64,000 nt of DNA, taken from positions 54,156 to 118,155 of the forward strand of contig JACSZT010000009.1 in NCBI GenBank assembly GCA_014332815.1, given 5' to 3'. The notes under the pieces were generated by a model. That model was not told the origin of the DNA. It was given only the letters and a program-made list of their open reading frames with translations, and did not search any database. Shown here one piece after another: positions 32,371 to 45,438 of the stretch (the stretch's first letter is position 1; every line of letters starts with the position of its first letter). Source of the stretch: Weissella confusa (GTDB lineage Bacteria; Bacillota; Bacilli; Lactobacillales; Lactobacillaceae). The position numbers and the translations under genes are program-made.

Positions 32371-32964
32371 CATCATGAAGAAGTTCCACGAAGCTAAGTT
32401 CTCAAAGTAATTTGAGGGTTCAGTTTTGAACTTCTTAAAAGAGCTGATCCATTTGGGTCAGCTCTTTTTTCATATCTTAAAAATGTTTGGCAGCCTCTGT
32501 TCAGGCTCTGTTATTTCCGGTAAACTATTTAGTGTAACTAAAAAAATATCTTTTTGGAGATAATATCAGAAGAAGCGCCCATTCTACCGTGTGGTAGTTG
32601 CTGACTCACGTTCACCACGTGATGGTCGATTCATCGAAACTGTTGGTACGTACAACCCATTGGTTGAGCCTGCCGAAGTTAAGTTGAACGAAGAATTGGT
32701 ATTGTCATGGTTGAACAACGGTGCTCAACCATCAGATACTGTTAAGAACTTGTTGTCTAACGCAGGTATTGCGCTAAAATATTAACTTATTGCAAGTGAA
32801 GTAGCGCCTTGAGACCGCTAAAACGTTGATTTTTGAAGAAATTTCAACGTGTAAAGGAAAAACACTTTACAGGCACTCAAGAAACTGTTATTATAATTCT
32901 TGTAGAAAAACAACTGGAGGAAAATAAACATGGCTGTTAAGATTCGTTTGAAGCGCATGGGTTC
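32371..32964 (+). CDS. rpsP: 30S ribosomal protein S16, block-permuted (three pieces)
   Basis: ATG 32930 [11 protein letters not shown] joins across 32964/32569 to [68 protein letters not shown], then to [11 protein letters not shown] (about 32430); terminator AAAAGAGCTGATCCATTTGGGTCAGCTCTTTTTTC at 32438-32472. Confidence 0.75.
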
Positions 32965-34152
32965 CGATGGGAATAAATTAATTGTCTTAAAGTTTATTGA
33001 CGGCACAAAGCGAACGGTAACCTTTATGGATGGTCGAACCGTTGATGTCGACCTGAACCAAGCGTATGCATCGTTACATGCGACGCAAGCATATCGTGAT
33101 TTGACGGATAACATCATTGTTGAATAACTGAAAGTGGCTATTTTCTATTTAAATTTTGTACAAGCATTGCCAATTAAGGTAGGATCGGCACAACCGCTTA
33201 AGCTAGCTGATACGACGGTTAAAGTTGACCCACATGTCCAACATTTAACAATGGAACAGCGTATTGCGCTGATGATGCTATCTGCTGGCGCAACTGTCGC
33301 CGATGAGACTAAGCTATATGCTTCACCACAAGGAAACGGTGAGACGTGGCTGCTTGATGCCGCTCAGGCGACTGAGTTTATTTTTTTGATATGGTACGTG
33401 CGTATGAAACAAAAGATGCAATTGAAAGAAGCAAGCAAGTGGTTTAGTATGGGACTGCTGTTGGGGATGGTAGGTCTTGGGCTGACCATTGGTGGGGTAG
33501 AAATTAAAGAACGCCGTGCAGAAGCCCAACGCGTAACTATCGATCATGATGAAAAAAATGACGCACGCGAACGATTGCTGCGACGTTGGTCTTGTTGTTT
33601 GGTTTGTTGCTTTTCGCTGGTGTTGTAACAGCGTTGGAAACAACTGCGATTGCTGCCCAACAAAGTAATGATTTAGTTACATCTGAAGTATTAACGACTA
33701 TGTCGACCTCAGAAGTGACGGCTGAACCAGTTGTTGCAAAATAAGAAAGTTAGGTAGTCAACGATACTTTTGGTACGGATTGTTGGTAAGTCTTTTATTT
33801 TTTGAAAACGTTTTCAAAAATTCATAAATTAAGTGATTTACATTAACGCTTTAGAAAAGCAATCGTCGTTATCTAGTTGTAAACTAACTGTAACAAATAA
33901 AGTTAGGACATATCTAGGGGGAATACGATTATGGAAACACGTGTCACACATGCATTGTTCGGAGTTTATTTACAGTTTCATCCTGAAAATATCGCACCTG
34001 TCAGCGATACTATAAACATCGATCACCCGCTAGCGACGAAGCAAACTCATGCGCATGGGTTTGTTTCACTTATTGTGATCACAATTTGCAAAAGGCTCAA
34101 TTGTCGCGACGGTGATAATCGGGTCTTTTGTTTTGAAAGAGATTTATCAGCA

Positions 34153-35934
34153 AAAGCGTCGTTAATTATGGGTCGTTATTTACTAGATGATAAGACGAAG
34201 GCTATGAACGTTAAGTACCAATCTGAAAAGAAGGGTGCCGTTTCAAAGGCTGATAAGGTAGCTATGTTGCGTGAGCAAATGCTAGCTAAGAAGAATAAGA
34301 AGTAATCAATTAGGTCAGAGATTCTTTCTCTGGCCTTTTTTGTCGGTGTTCCAATTCAACGAAATGAAGAAGATGATGAGCGGTATGATGAACGGTAACA
34401 TGGCCGGCATGGAACAAATGATGGGTGCCATGGGTGGCGGCATGCCAGGAATGCCAGGTGGAATGCCTGGTATGGGCGGTGGCCTAAAGGGCAAGATGGC
34501 AAACATGGCGATGAAGCAAATGGCTCGTCGTATTCAAAAGAATAAGAACATGATTCCAGGTATGGCTAACAATCCAGCTTTGGCCAACGTGAAGGTTGAC
34601 CCTAAGGATATGGCGCACATTAAGGCCATTGTGATGTCAATGACACCTGCTGAGCGTGAGAATCCAGATTTGTTGAACCCATCACGTCGTCGTCGTTTGG
34701 CGGCTGGTGCGGGACGCCCAGTTGTTGAAGTTAACCGTTTGATCAACTATCCAGATCGTATGGCCAGCCGTATCCTTGGTATGGGTGACTTGTTGACGTT
34801 GATTGAAAAGGCCCAAAAGGACTTTGACGAAAAGCAAGCTGCCGAGACAATGGAAAAGATGAAGTCAAACACGTTTGACTTTAACGATTTCATTGCCCAA
34901 ATGGATCAAGTGCAAAACATGGGACCAATCGAAGACTTGTTGAAGGTTGTCGATGCCATGACTGGACAAAACGCGGTGGAGACGGCTGAAGGTTTTAACG
35001 AGCGTTTGGACGTTACCGGTGTTGTTTTGACTAAGTTGGATGGTGACACACGTGGTGGAGCGGCTTTGTCAATTCGTGCTGTTACGGGTAAGCCAATCAA
35101 GTTCGTCGGACAAGGTGAGAAGATGGCAGATTTGGATGTCTTCCAAATTGATGTCCCTGTTTTTGAGATGGGAACAGACGCTGACCCACGGGACATCGTG
35201 CGCCAAGGTTTGGCCAAGGCGGCTGAATTGAAGTCAGATTATGTCTTCATTGACGCGGCTGGTCGTTTGCAAATTGACGAAGCGTTGATGCAAGAGTTGG
35301 CTGACGTTAAGGAAATCGCCAACCCAGATGAAATTTTGTTCGAGTCAGATGTGCCTTTGAACGTATCTGACAAGATTCCAACGGTTATCATGATGGTTGG
35401 TTTGCAAGGAGCTGGTAAGACGACTACGGCCGGAAAGCTAGCTTTGAAGTTGAAGAACGAAAAGAACGCACGTCCATTGATGATTGCGGCCGACGTTTAC
35501 CGTCCTGCTGCCATTGATCAATTGAAGACGTTGGGTGAAGTGACAGATGCGGACTTGCGCGAGACAATGCGCGAGATTCGTCTAGCATTGTTGGAAGCCG
35601 ACGTTAACTTCACGGTTGTTAAGGACTTTGTTCGTAACGTTCGTGAAAAGGCGGCTGGTGCTAAGGTGTTGGAAGGATTGAATCCTGCCCAACAAATTGT
35701 TTCGATTGTTAATGATGAATTGACTGCCATGATGGGCTTGTTTGCTGATTATCTTCAGCGCCAAGCTGCGGCCGAGCAATTAAACGACTATATTCAAGAA
35801 AAGTATCCCAATGACGCTGAGCTAACTCGTTTAGCTGAACGTTTGGTGACATTAGAAGAGGAGTAAACCATGGCCTTTGAAGGTTTGACGGAGCAATTGC
35901 AAAACGCCTTGAGCGGATTGCGTCGCAAGGGAAA
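34153..35934 (+). CDS. ffh: Signal recognition particle protein Ffh, block-permuted
   Basis: ATG 35870 [22 protein letters not shown] joins to ...[40 protein letters not shown]; GTPase [20 protein letters not shown]; the M-domain and its Met/Gly-rich tail [32 protein letters not shown] sit at the low-coordinate end (34351-34548). Confidence 0.75.
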
Positions 35935-36330
35935 GAACACGCGCTTGAATGCCTTGTTTGATTTCTATCAACCATTGCTGACGTCTAAGCAAAACGACTA
36001 TTTGCAGTTGTACTACGCTGACGATTATTCACTTGGTGAGATTGCTGAAGAATTTGAGGTCTCACGCCAAGCCGTGTATGATAATCTAAAGCGCAGCACA
36101 CAATTGCTAGAAGATTATGAAGCCAAGTTACATGGGAATTGTTTTGACTAAGCTTGATGGTACTGCCAAGGGTGGTATTATCTTGCCAATTCGAAACGAA
36201 TTGCACTTGCCAGTTAAGTGGGTCGGTCTTGGTGAACAAGTCGGTGACTTGCAACCATTTGACGCCGATGATTTTGCGAAGAGTTTGTTTGGTAGTTTGT
36301 TGGAGGATGAGAAGTAATGGAGCTAGAAAA
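35737..36330 (+). CDS. ylxM: YlxM / UPF0122 (SRP-associated HTH protein), block-permuted
   Basis: ATG about 36317, overlapping the ftsY stop (TAATGG), MELEK, joins across 36330/35935 to [66 protein letters not shown], then to ...[39 protein letters not shown] (about 35866). Confidence 0.65.
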
Positions 36331-37518
36331 GTGCCGATGTGCTATTCGTTGATACAGCTGGTCGTTTGCAAAACAACGTGAACTTGATGCAAGAGTTGGC
36401 TAAGATGAAGCGTATTATCACACGTGAGTTGCCAAACGAGCCCCAAGAAGTTTTGTTGGCTTTGGATGCGACAACCGGACAGAACGCTTTGCAACAAGCC
36501 CGCTTGTTCAAGGATTCAACTGACGTGATGATTGGTAAGATGTCTGCCCGTTACAAGGCAGAAGGTAAGAAGGTATTGTTGGCTGCTGCGGACACGTTCC
36601 GTGCGGGTGCAACACAACAATTGCAAGCCTGGGGTGAGCGTAACGATATTCCAGTTGTTGCTGGTGAACCAAATGCTGATCCGGCCTCAGTTGTGTATGA
36701 CGGTGTGAAGACTGCTATTGAGACGAGATTGACGGATGAATTGCGTGATGAAGTGAAGCTACAAAATGCGAAGAGCAAGGCTGAAATTTCACGCGTGATT
36801 GTCGATAAGCTAGTTGAACATTATCGTTCACAAGGTGTGAATGAAGATGCGTCAATGCACTTTGCGCCTGAAGGACCAACGGTTATTTTGTTCGTTGGTG
36901 TGAATGGTGTTGGTAAGACGACGATTGTTGCAGAGTCTGAAGCACCAGTTGCTGAAGTAACTTCTGAAACCAACTTGGACGAGGGATTGACGAAGACGCG
37001 CAAGACTTGGTCAGAACGTTGGAACGCCTTTATGGCTAACTTCCGTTCAGTTGACGAAGATTTCTTCGAAGACTTGGAAGAGACGCTAATCGGGGCCGAC
37101 GTTGGTGCTGCCACAGCATTGCAAGTGTTGTACCCAAACACTTGGGAAAATGGGGAAGCACCAGCTGAGCCGACATCACTAGCGGCTGAAGTGTTGCAAC
37201 CAACTGCCGGTCAAGCGGTTGAGATTGTGTTGCCAACGCACGAGGAAGTTGCGCCAGTTGTGACGGAACCGGTAGCTGAAACGGAAACGGTTGAAACGGT
37301 TGCAGAACCTGAAGAGGCGGTTTACTCACCGTAAGGGTACGATGACGAATGCCGATGTGCTATATGGTGTTACTATGCAAGAACCGGGTGTCTCAACGAT
37401 GGTATCGGTTAACTTGCAAGAGCTAGATAATACGCTAGCAGAAAATTAATGGGGAAATGAACAATGGGATTGTTTGATTTTTTTAAGAAAAAGCCTGAAA
37501 CCCCAACTGTCAAAGTTG
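36133..37518 (+). CDS. ftsY: SRP receptor FtsY, block-permuted
   Basis: ATG about 37464 [26 protein letters not shown]; acidic A-domain ...[20 protein letters not shown]; NG domain [14 protein letters not shown]...; C-terminus ...[60 protein letters not shown] at about 36316. Confidence 0.7.
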
Positions 37519-40500
37519 TAGAAGTTCCAGCAAATGAGCCTGTTATCTGGTGGTGAAAAGGCGCTGACAGCGATTAGTTTGCTGTTTGCGATCCTTGAAG
37601 TACGTCCGGTACCGTTTGCGGTTTTGGATGAAACGGAAGCAGCGCTTGATGAAGCCAATGTTGACCGTTTTGCACGTTATTTGCATGAAGTTAATGATCG
37701 TACCCAATTTATTGTGTAAGATAATCTCCGTCAAACGATGTCAGAGATGGATGAAGAAGTTGAGACGCGCTTCAAGGAAACCTTTGATGCGATTGCAGCC
37801 CACTTCTCAGAAATCTTCGTGAAGATGTTTGGCGGTGGTCAAGCTAAGCTCGAACTCACTGACCCAGAACACTTGTTAACAACAGGGGTTGATATTAAGG
37901 CGCAACCGCCTGGCGCGTATGACACATCATTTGAGTTTGCTAAGGCTGAAATGTCTGACATGCCAATTGATAGCATCCGCACGCAATTGAAGTTGTTGAA
38001 GCAAGGTTTGGCTGAAATCGGTAATGTTAATTTGAACGCTATCGAAGAGTATGCTGAAGTTAAGGAGCGTTATGACTTCTTGACGCAACAACAAACTGAT
38101 TTGATTGATGCATAAGAGGCAACTACTGAATTGTTGTCTGACTTAACAGAAAAGTTGACTGACTTGAATGAACGCATTAACGTGGCGGAGGGGATGCTTG
38201 TCCAAGCGCAAGAAGCTCAAACCGATGCCATGTCGACGTTAAGCAAGTTAAGTGGTCGTCAAGGAGAATTGCGTGCGGCTATTCAAAACGGCGAACGTGC
38301 GTTGGAAGAATCTGAATTGCGTGCTGAATTGGCAACGGCGCAAGCAAATGTGCAAGCTGCCCAAGTCCGTCACGAAGATATTGTTGAACAAATTGAGGCT
38401 GAGCAAGCTCGCTTGAACAACTATCAACAACAAATGACAGATTTGACGTCTGATCAAAGTGACGTGCAACAACGTTTATCAGCTGAACTGGCGACAGCAA
38501 ATGCTGATTAAGAGAAGACGGCATTAAGTTATGAATTTAATGTTTCAAGCTCTGGCACGGCTGATCATGAAACAATGGTTGCCGAGAATGCTTCTGAAGT
38601 CACTAATTTGACGGAGAAGCAAGCTAAGTTGCAAGCACAATTAGCTGAATTGACCGACGAGCGCACGGAATTGTTGGCTCGCATTTCAGATGCTGATACT
38701 GAGTTGTCATTGACGGCGCAAGTTGCGACGTTGCATGATGAAACGGCAATTTTGGAACGCCAAGTACGTGAAATTGATGCTGAATTGCAAAATGTGACGG
38801 CATCATTTAATGAGCAACAAGCTAAGGTGCTAGCAGCGAATGAGCGTGCCCAACAAGCAACGGCCAAGTTGCAGGTTGCGGAAGAACGTTTGACCCAAGT
38901 GCAATCAGTAGTGAAAAACTTGTTGGGTACGACAGTGATTGCTAAGTCAATGGACGAAGCGGTACCAATGGCTCGCGCGTTGCAACAACGTGTTCGCATC
39001 GTGACCCTTGATGGTCAAGTGATGAATGCCGGTGGTTCAATGACCGGTGGTGCAAACCGTAACCAAGGTAACGGTTTGCTTTCACAACAAAACGAAGTGG
39101 AATTGATTGTGACTGATGAACAAGTTGGTAAGCAAGCTATTCGCTATTTGACAGAACACCGTTTGGGACGTGTGACGTTCTTGCCATTGTCAACGATTCG
39201 TTCACGCGAGTTGCAACCGGGTCAGATTCAGACTGCACAAAGTCAACCTGGCTTTATCGGAATTGCGGCTGACTTGGTGAAGACTGATGTTACGTACAAC
39301 CACCAACGATTGTCAACGCGTTTGCAGTCGTTGAGTCGCCTATCAGAAAACTACGATGGTTATTTCCAAGGTGTTCGTAACTTGATGAAGGCTAAGGATA
39401 ACTTCCAAGGCATTCACGGCGTTTTGGCTGAGCTGATTTCAGTTGAGACACCTCATCAAACGGCGATTGAAACAGCCCTTGGTGGTGCGTTGCAAAACCA
39501 ACAACGTAGTACATTGCTAGATGAGCAAATCGCCTCAGCAACGGCCAATGTAACGACTGCGCAGGCTGAAGTTGATGACGCAACGACCATGCTTGCAGAT
39601 GAACAAGCAGAATTTGTCCGTTTGCAAACGGCTGGTAAGGAGCTTGAAGCTAAGAGCCAGGCACAACGTCAAGAGTGGTTCAGCAAGATGGAAGAAGCTG
39701 CGGACGAATTGCGATTGCAGATTACTGAATTGACCGCGTCACACCCACGCCAACAAGAAGCAGCGGTTAGTGAGGAAATTGAACAAGTTCGTGCGAACTT
39801 GGTTGACGCGATGCAAGCGTTGACGACGGCGAAGAACCAACAGTCATATTTGGCTCAAGAACACGAGCGCAATGATGCTGAATCTGCGCGCCTGTCGCAA
39901 GATAAGTTGTTGGCCTTGACGACTGCTGTTGAGCAATTGAGTGGTGAACAAAAGTTGCAGGCCGAGCGTTCGGCCAATCGCTCAAATGCAACGCGTGAAT
40001 TGAAGGCGCAAATTGCGCAAGTTGAATCACGTTTGGCTGACTTGCAGGTGACGGAAGCGACGCGCCAAAAGAAGGTGGCTAGTCAAAAAGCACAGCAATT
40101 TGACAAGCTTGACCAATCACGTTTGGTATTGGAACTAACAGATTGGTACAACGAGCAAACTGAAATTGCCCGTGAGCTGGCTGGCGCTGAGCAAGCTAGT
40201 GATGAACAAGCGAAAGTTGTGAAGCAACAGACGGACTCGTTGACGGCGATGAAGGATGAGCGAACACAAACGGAAACAGCCCGTCAAGAATCTGAAGATC
40301 GACGAACGATTATCGAAGATGTTGCAGGTGTTTATAAATACAAGCAAAACAAAGATAAGGCTGAAAAAGAGCTAACTGGTGTGCAAGAAAATTTGAATCG
40401 TGTTCAAGACATTTTGTATGAATTGGAAGGACGCGTTGAGCCATTGGCTGAGCAATCAGCGAAGGCGCAAGATTATCTTGAAACCAAGGACCATTATTTG

Positions 40501-41082
40501 AATTCAGAATATTCTGAAATTCGAATCACCCGTACACTGTACCGTAATGGTGATTCTCGTTACCAAATTAACGGTACGACAGTACGCTTAAAGGATATCC
40601 ATGAGTTATTCATGGATTCTGGATTGGGACGTGAAAGTTTCTCAATCATTTCGCAGGGCCGTGTGGAAAGCATTTTTAGTGCTAAGCTTATGCCAGGAAT
40701 CACAGGGGTTGTTGGACCGAATGGTTCTGGTAAATCAAACATCATCGAATCGATTCGCTGGGTTATGGGTGAACAATCCGCCAAAGGATTGCGTGGTGAC
40801 AAAATGTCGGACGTCATCTTTGGTGGAACGGCACAACGCGCACCACTTAATCGTGCAGAAGTGTCAATTACGTTCGACAACACCAAACAAATCTTTACGG
40901 TTGAGGTATCGGTCAACGAGCAAGCTTTGGCGACTGGAGAGGGAAAGTCAACGAAGGAAGCTGAAAAGGCAGCCGCTCGTGCAGCTTATCAAACTTTGAC
41001 GAAGAACTAGGGAATCGGTATGAAATTAAAAACATTGGAGATTGGTGGATTTAAATCATTTGCCGATCGTACCAAGATTGAA
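37321..41082 (+). CDS. smc: Chromosome partition protein SMC, block-permuted across about 19 pieces
   Basis: ATG 41020 [21 protein letters not shown] joins across 41082/40687 to [45 protein letters not shown] (Walker A), then ...[30 protein letters not shown]...; hinge [10 protein letters not shown]...[12 protein letters not shown] at about 39250-39500; signature [40 protein letters not shown] at 37534-37716; C-terminus ...[39 protein letters not shown] at about 37447. Confidence 0.75.
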
Positions 41083-41676
41083 CTTATTGGCGCCTTGTAC
41101 CTGGACCAGGGACAAGAGGTCGTCATGAACTTCCTTAGTGAAATTATGTTTACGAAGATTGACGAAGGATTCTATGATCAATTCGTTGATTACAAGTCTA
41201 AGCTGCAAGAACACTTGCAACGTCATGGCAGCGTAAAGATTGCTTACACGAAGCTATCTGAACGCCCAGTTGAGAACAATACGGTGTACTTGTTCAAGCG
41301 TTATCCAGATTGGGATGAAGGTCGATTGACAGAGTTGCGAATTTCTATGGTCCAAACTCGCGCTTTTGCAGCTTTGTCACGTGAGTTGCATCTTGATCAA
41401 TATGTCCAACTGGGACGTGGTGAAGAATTGTCCGGCGCACGAAACCGTGATTCATTGCTCGAAGATTTGTGGGAAGCCCATATCTAGAAAGGACGGCTTA
41501 TGTTTAAACAACTTCAAGCAGAATTAGCACTTGCCCATAATATCCATTTTAATGACGTGTCATTATTGGAGGAGGCATTAACACAAGCAAACTATATTAA
41601 CGAACATCCAAATTACACTGGTCGCGATTACCAACGCCTAGAATTCCTTGGGGATGCGGTTATGCAACAATCAACG
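40885..41676 (+). CDS. rnc: Ribonuclease III, block-permuted
   Basis: ATG 41500 [37 protein letters not shown]...[11 protein letters not shown]; ...[34 protein letters not shown]...LEDLWEA joins across 41478/41083 to [14 protein letters not shown]...; dsRBD C-terminus ...[36 protein letters not shown] at 41010. Confidence 0.7.
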
Positions 41677-42072
41677 AAATTTGGTGCTGAAATTTCTGAC
41701 GAAGACGCTGAAAAGTTGATCACGATCAACGACACTGTTGATTACATCGCAGCACGCGTTTAATATTTGTAAATTAAAGGCAAGGACACTTTGAGTGCTC
41801 CTTGCCTTTTTTCAATCTTGTGACACAACAAAAAACGTCGTTATACCAACGGTTTCTCTGGTATAATTGACTAGCCGTTACACTAAATAACGTTAAATAT
41901 TCGAATAGGAAACGGAATAATGGAACGACAAGAAATCATGAATAAGGTTATCGAATTGGTTGCGGACCACTTTGAATTGGACCCAGCTAAGGTAACCGGT
42001 GAATTGAACTTTTTGACTGATATTGATGCTGATTCAATTGACTTTGTTGAATTGGTTTTGGAGATGGAAGAC
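41677..42072 (+). CDS. acpP: Acyl carrier protein, block-permuted (two pieces), with downstream terminator
   Basis: ATG about 41920 [51 protein letters not shown] joins to ..[27 protein letters not shown] (41763); terminator AAAGGCAAGGACACTTTGAGTGCTCCTTGCCTTTTTT at 41778-41812. Confidence 0.65.
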
Positions 42073-43260
42073 CGCCGTAGTTATCGGTGTTAATGCGCCA
42101 GTTGTTAAGACGCACGGTTCAGCTGGACCAGATGCCGTTGCTAACACGATGAAGCAAATCCACACGATGTTGGAAGCTGATTTGGTGGGTAAGGTCCAAC
42201 AATTCGTTGCTGACCATAAGGAAGATTTGTCTGCTCGTCCAGAGAATGAAGTGGACGGTTCGGCCGAATAACCTGCCGATGTTGTGATCGCTGACGGATT
42301 CTCAGGAAACGCAACGTTGAAGTCAATTGAAGGTACGGCTTTGTCAATGTTGAAGTTGATCAAGGATACCATCATGAACGGTAGTTTGAAGACAAAGATG
42401 GCCGGCGCCATGTTGAAGCCAGCGTTGAAGGGCATCCAATCTCGTTTGGACTACTCACAACACGGTGGTTATGGTGTGTTGGGTTCATTCTACGCCCACG
42501 AAATTTTGGACTATGACCAACCACGTGTTGGTTTGTTGAACAACGGAACTGAAGAAGACAAGGGTGACCAAGTCCACAAGGAAGCGCACCAATTGTTGCG
42601 TTATGGCTCAGACAAGAACTTGTTGAACTTCGTTGGAAACGTTGAAGCACGTGACGTTTTGCAAGGTGGTGACGCTGATGCGGTCTTTTCAGCTGGTAAC
42701 ACTGGTGCTTTGTTGGCAGCCGGTATCTTTATCGTTGGTCGTATCAAGGGAATTGATCGTCCAGCTTTGATGACGGCTTTGCCAGCCTTTGATGGTCCTC
42801 ACGATGCCTTCGTGATGATGGACATGGGTGCTAACGCTGAAAACCGTCCAGCTCACTTGTACCAACTAGCGCGTGACCAAATGCCTGACACAGAGTTCTT
42901 GTTGTTTGGTCAATTGGATAAGGTAAAGCCTTTCGTTAAGAACGAAGAGCGTTTGACGTTGGTCCAAGCTGATGAAGTGATTGCCATGGCCGATGAGCCA
43001 GTTAAGTCAATTCGTCGTAAGAAGCAAAGCTCATTGGTATTGGCTGCGCAAGCGGTTAAGAATCGCGATATCGTAATTTTGATTAAAAAAGATACGCCTT
43101 TTACTTTTACCCACTCCTAAAAGTGTGTTAGATTTGTTCTAGCATTTATTTATTAAGTTATTATTTTTTGTGAATTCGAGAGGGAATTAATGATGTTTAA
43201 GATTGCCATTGATGCAATGGGTGGTGACAACGCCCCTGAAGCAATCGTTGCTGGTGTTGA
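42073..43260 (+). CDS. plsX: Phosphate acyltransferase PlsX, block-permuted
   Basis: ATG about 43190 [23 protein letters not shown] joins across 43260/42865 to [57 protein letters not shown]...; C-terminus ...[51 protein letters not shown]...DGSAE* at about 42270. Confidence 0.7.
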
Positions 43261-45438
43261 CATCTGGAACTTCGTGGTGCTGGTGATATTTTGGGTAACC
43301 GCCAATCTGGTGTGCCTGAATTCCGCGTTGGCGATCCGGTAGCTGACTTGGCGATGATGACCGTTGCCCAAGAAGAAGCCATTGAAATTGTTTCGAAGCC
43401 TGATTGGGATAAAGATCCGGAACTGGCACCATTAGCAGATATGTTGTCAGAAACAATGCTGCCAAACTCAACAGTGATGCTGATTTTGGATGCGGACCGA
43501 TTTGGTTTGTCACAGTTGCACCAATTGCGCGGTCGTGTTGGACGAGGAAGCCGGCAATCATATACGTTCCTGATTAGTGACCCGAAAACGCAATACGGAA
43601 TTGATCGCATGGAAGCGATGGTGGGAACTACCGATGGCTTTATTCTTGCGCAAAAGCAAGAGTCAGAAACGTTGGATGTGCAAAATGCTGAGGCTGTTTA
43701 TGCTGAATTGTCTGAGTACTTTGCACCGACGTATAAGGTTGGTTTGCTACATGGTCGTTTATCAAATCAAGAAAAAGAAGATGTGATGGCCGCCTTCAAG
43801 GCAAATGAGTTCCAAGTGTTGGTTTCAACGACGGTTATCGAAGTCGGGGTCGATCCGGCCACGCCAATTCCGCGTACTTTGGCGATTACAGCGTATGGTG
43901 AAATGGATGTGTCCATCATCGATCAATTGCCAGCTGGTCGTAAGCAAATTAAGACGTACTGGCTCCGTAGTAATGAGATGGAAAAGACGATTGCATTTAT
44001 TAAGTCACAGTTGCAAGAAGGCGCACAGGCCTATGTTGTCACACCTTTGATTTCTGCCGCCCGTCGTCAAATTTTGGAAGATTTGGAAAATGGTGATATC
44101 GATATTTTGATTGGAACCCATGCTTTGATTCAACCAGACATCGCGTTTAGAAATCTTGGCTTGGCGGTTATTGATGAGCAACACCGTTTCGGGGTACAAC
44201 AACGTGCAACGCTACGTGAAATTGGGATGAATCCTGATATTCTTGCAATGCATCGTTTGCTTCAGGGAGATGTTGGTTCTGGTAAAACGGTTGTGGCTGC
44301 CTTGGCAATGTACGCGGCGATTACCGCCGGGATGCAAGCCACTTTGATGGCGCCGACCGAAATTTTAGCGCAACAACACGCGAAAACAATTGGCAACTTC
44401 TTTGATCCAGAACAGGTTCGCGTTGAACTACTAACAGGCTCAACTAAATCATTTGAAGAATTCTTCGTCTTCCAAATGCGTCTGCAAGTGATTAAGTCAA
44501 TGGACCGTGATAACCGCGGACGGGCGATTGCGTTTAATAACGATGAACTAAAGGCCTTTATTGCAACGCTGCCGTTTGAATTAACGGATGCACAAAAGCG
44601 AGTGGTGAATGAAATTGTGCGTGATATGAAACGCCCAATTCACATGACATCAAAGGAAATTAAAGCGAAGACAATCAAGGATTTGATTATCCAAGCCTTG
44701 GGTAAGTATGGTGAATTGCTACGCACGGATATTGTGCCAAGCAATTTGCGCACTCGTTATAAGCTCATGAATCATCATGACACGGTGTTTGGCATGCATG
44801 CGCCAACCGATGGTCAGGTGGCGACTGAAGCACGTCGCAGTGCGACACGCACAAGTTTCCGTTTGACGGTCGAACATGACACAATCATGGTGTCATTTTT
44901 CAATCAGCCGTGGATTGGCAAGAATCTTGAAATCGGCCAAGAAGTTGCGGTGCATGGGACGTATGACAAAACGCGTCAAAGTCTATCTGGCATTAAATTA
45001 ATGTCACGCAATGGCGATGATGAAATGGAAGCTGTCTATCCATATGGTGTTGGCCCTAAGCGTGTGCAAGCGCTGAATAAATTGGGCATCTTCACAATCG
45101 ACGACTTACTCGGCTACTATCCAATGCGCTATAACGACTTAGCGATGAAAACGCCTGCCGAAACGCAAGATGGCGAAAAAGTAACGTTCAAAGGCGTTGT
45201 GACATCGCCACCCGTGGTTAATCGCTTCGGGTATAAGAAACGAATCTTGATTCTTTCAATCAAGTCAGTTAAGCGTTAATAATAATTAAGACAGCAACTC
45301 AGATTTGGGTTGCTGTCTTTTTGTGTTTGCGCATGAATCAAACCCGATATTCAGTAAAACCTAATTTTGCGGTATAATGGTACATCAGAAAGGAAGGTGT
45401 TAAGCATGGCTAGTTTATTAGATTTAGTTGATGAGCTT
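43063..45438 (+). CDS. recG: ATP-dependent DNA helicase RecG, block-permuted
   Basis: Promoter GGTATAAT plus RBS GGAAGG plus ATG 45406, [11 protein letters not shown], joins to [33 protein letters not shown] (N-terminal wedge domain); helicase motifs ...[18 protein letters not shown]...[10 protein letters not shown]...; C-terminus ...[19 protein letters not shown] at about 43084. Confidence 0.7.

Noticed and set aside
34340-34510. Met/Gly/Pro-rich low-complexity stretch ([37 protein letters not shown])
   Set aside because: This is the native Met-rich C-terminal tail of the Ffh M-domain.
38575-41010. 811-aa ORF that could be read as a novel giant coiled-coil protein
   Set aside because: It is SMC coiled-coil, hinge and head pieces in reversed 66-aa units, ending in the RNase III dsRBD tail; the native SMC start is at 41020 and its C-terminus at about 37447.
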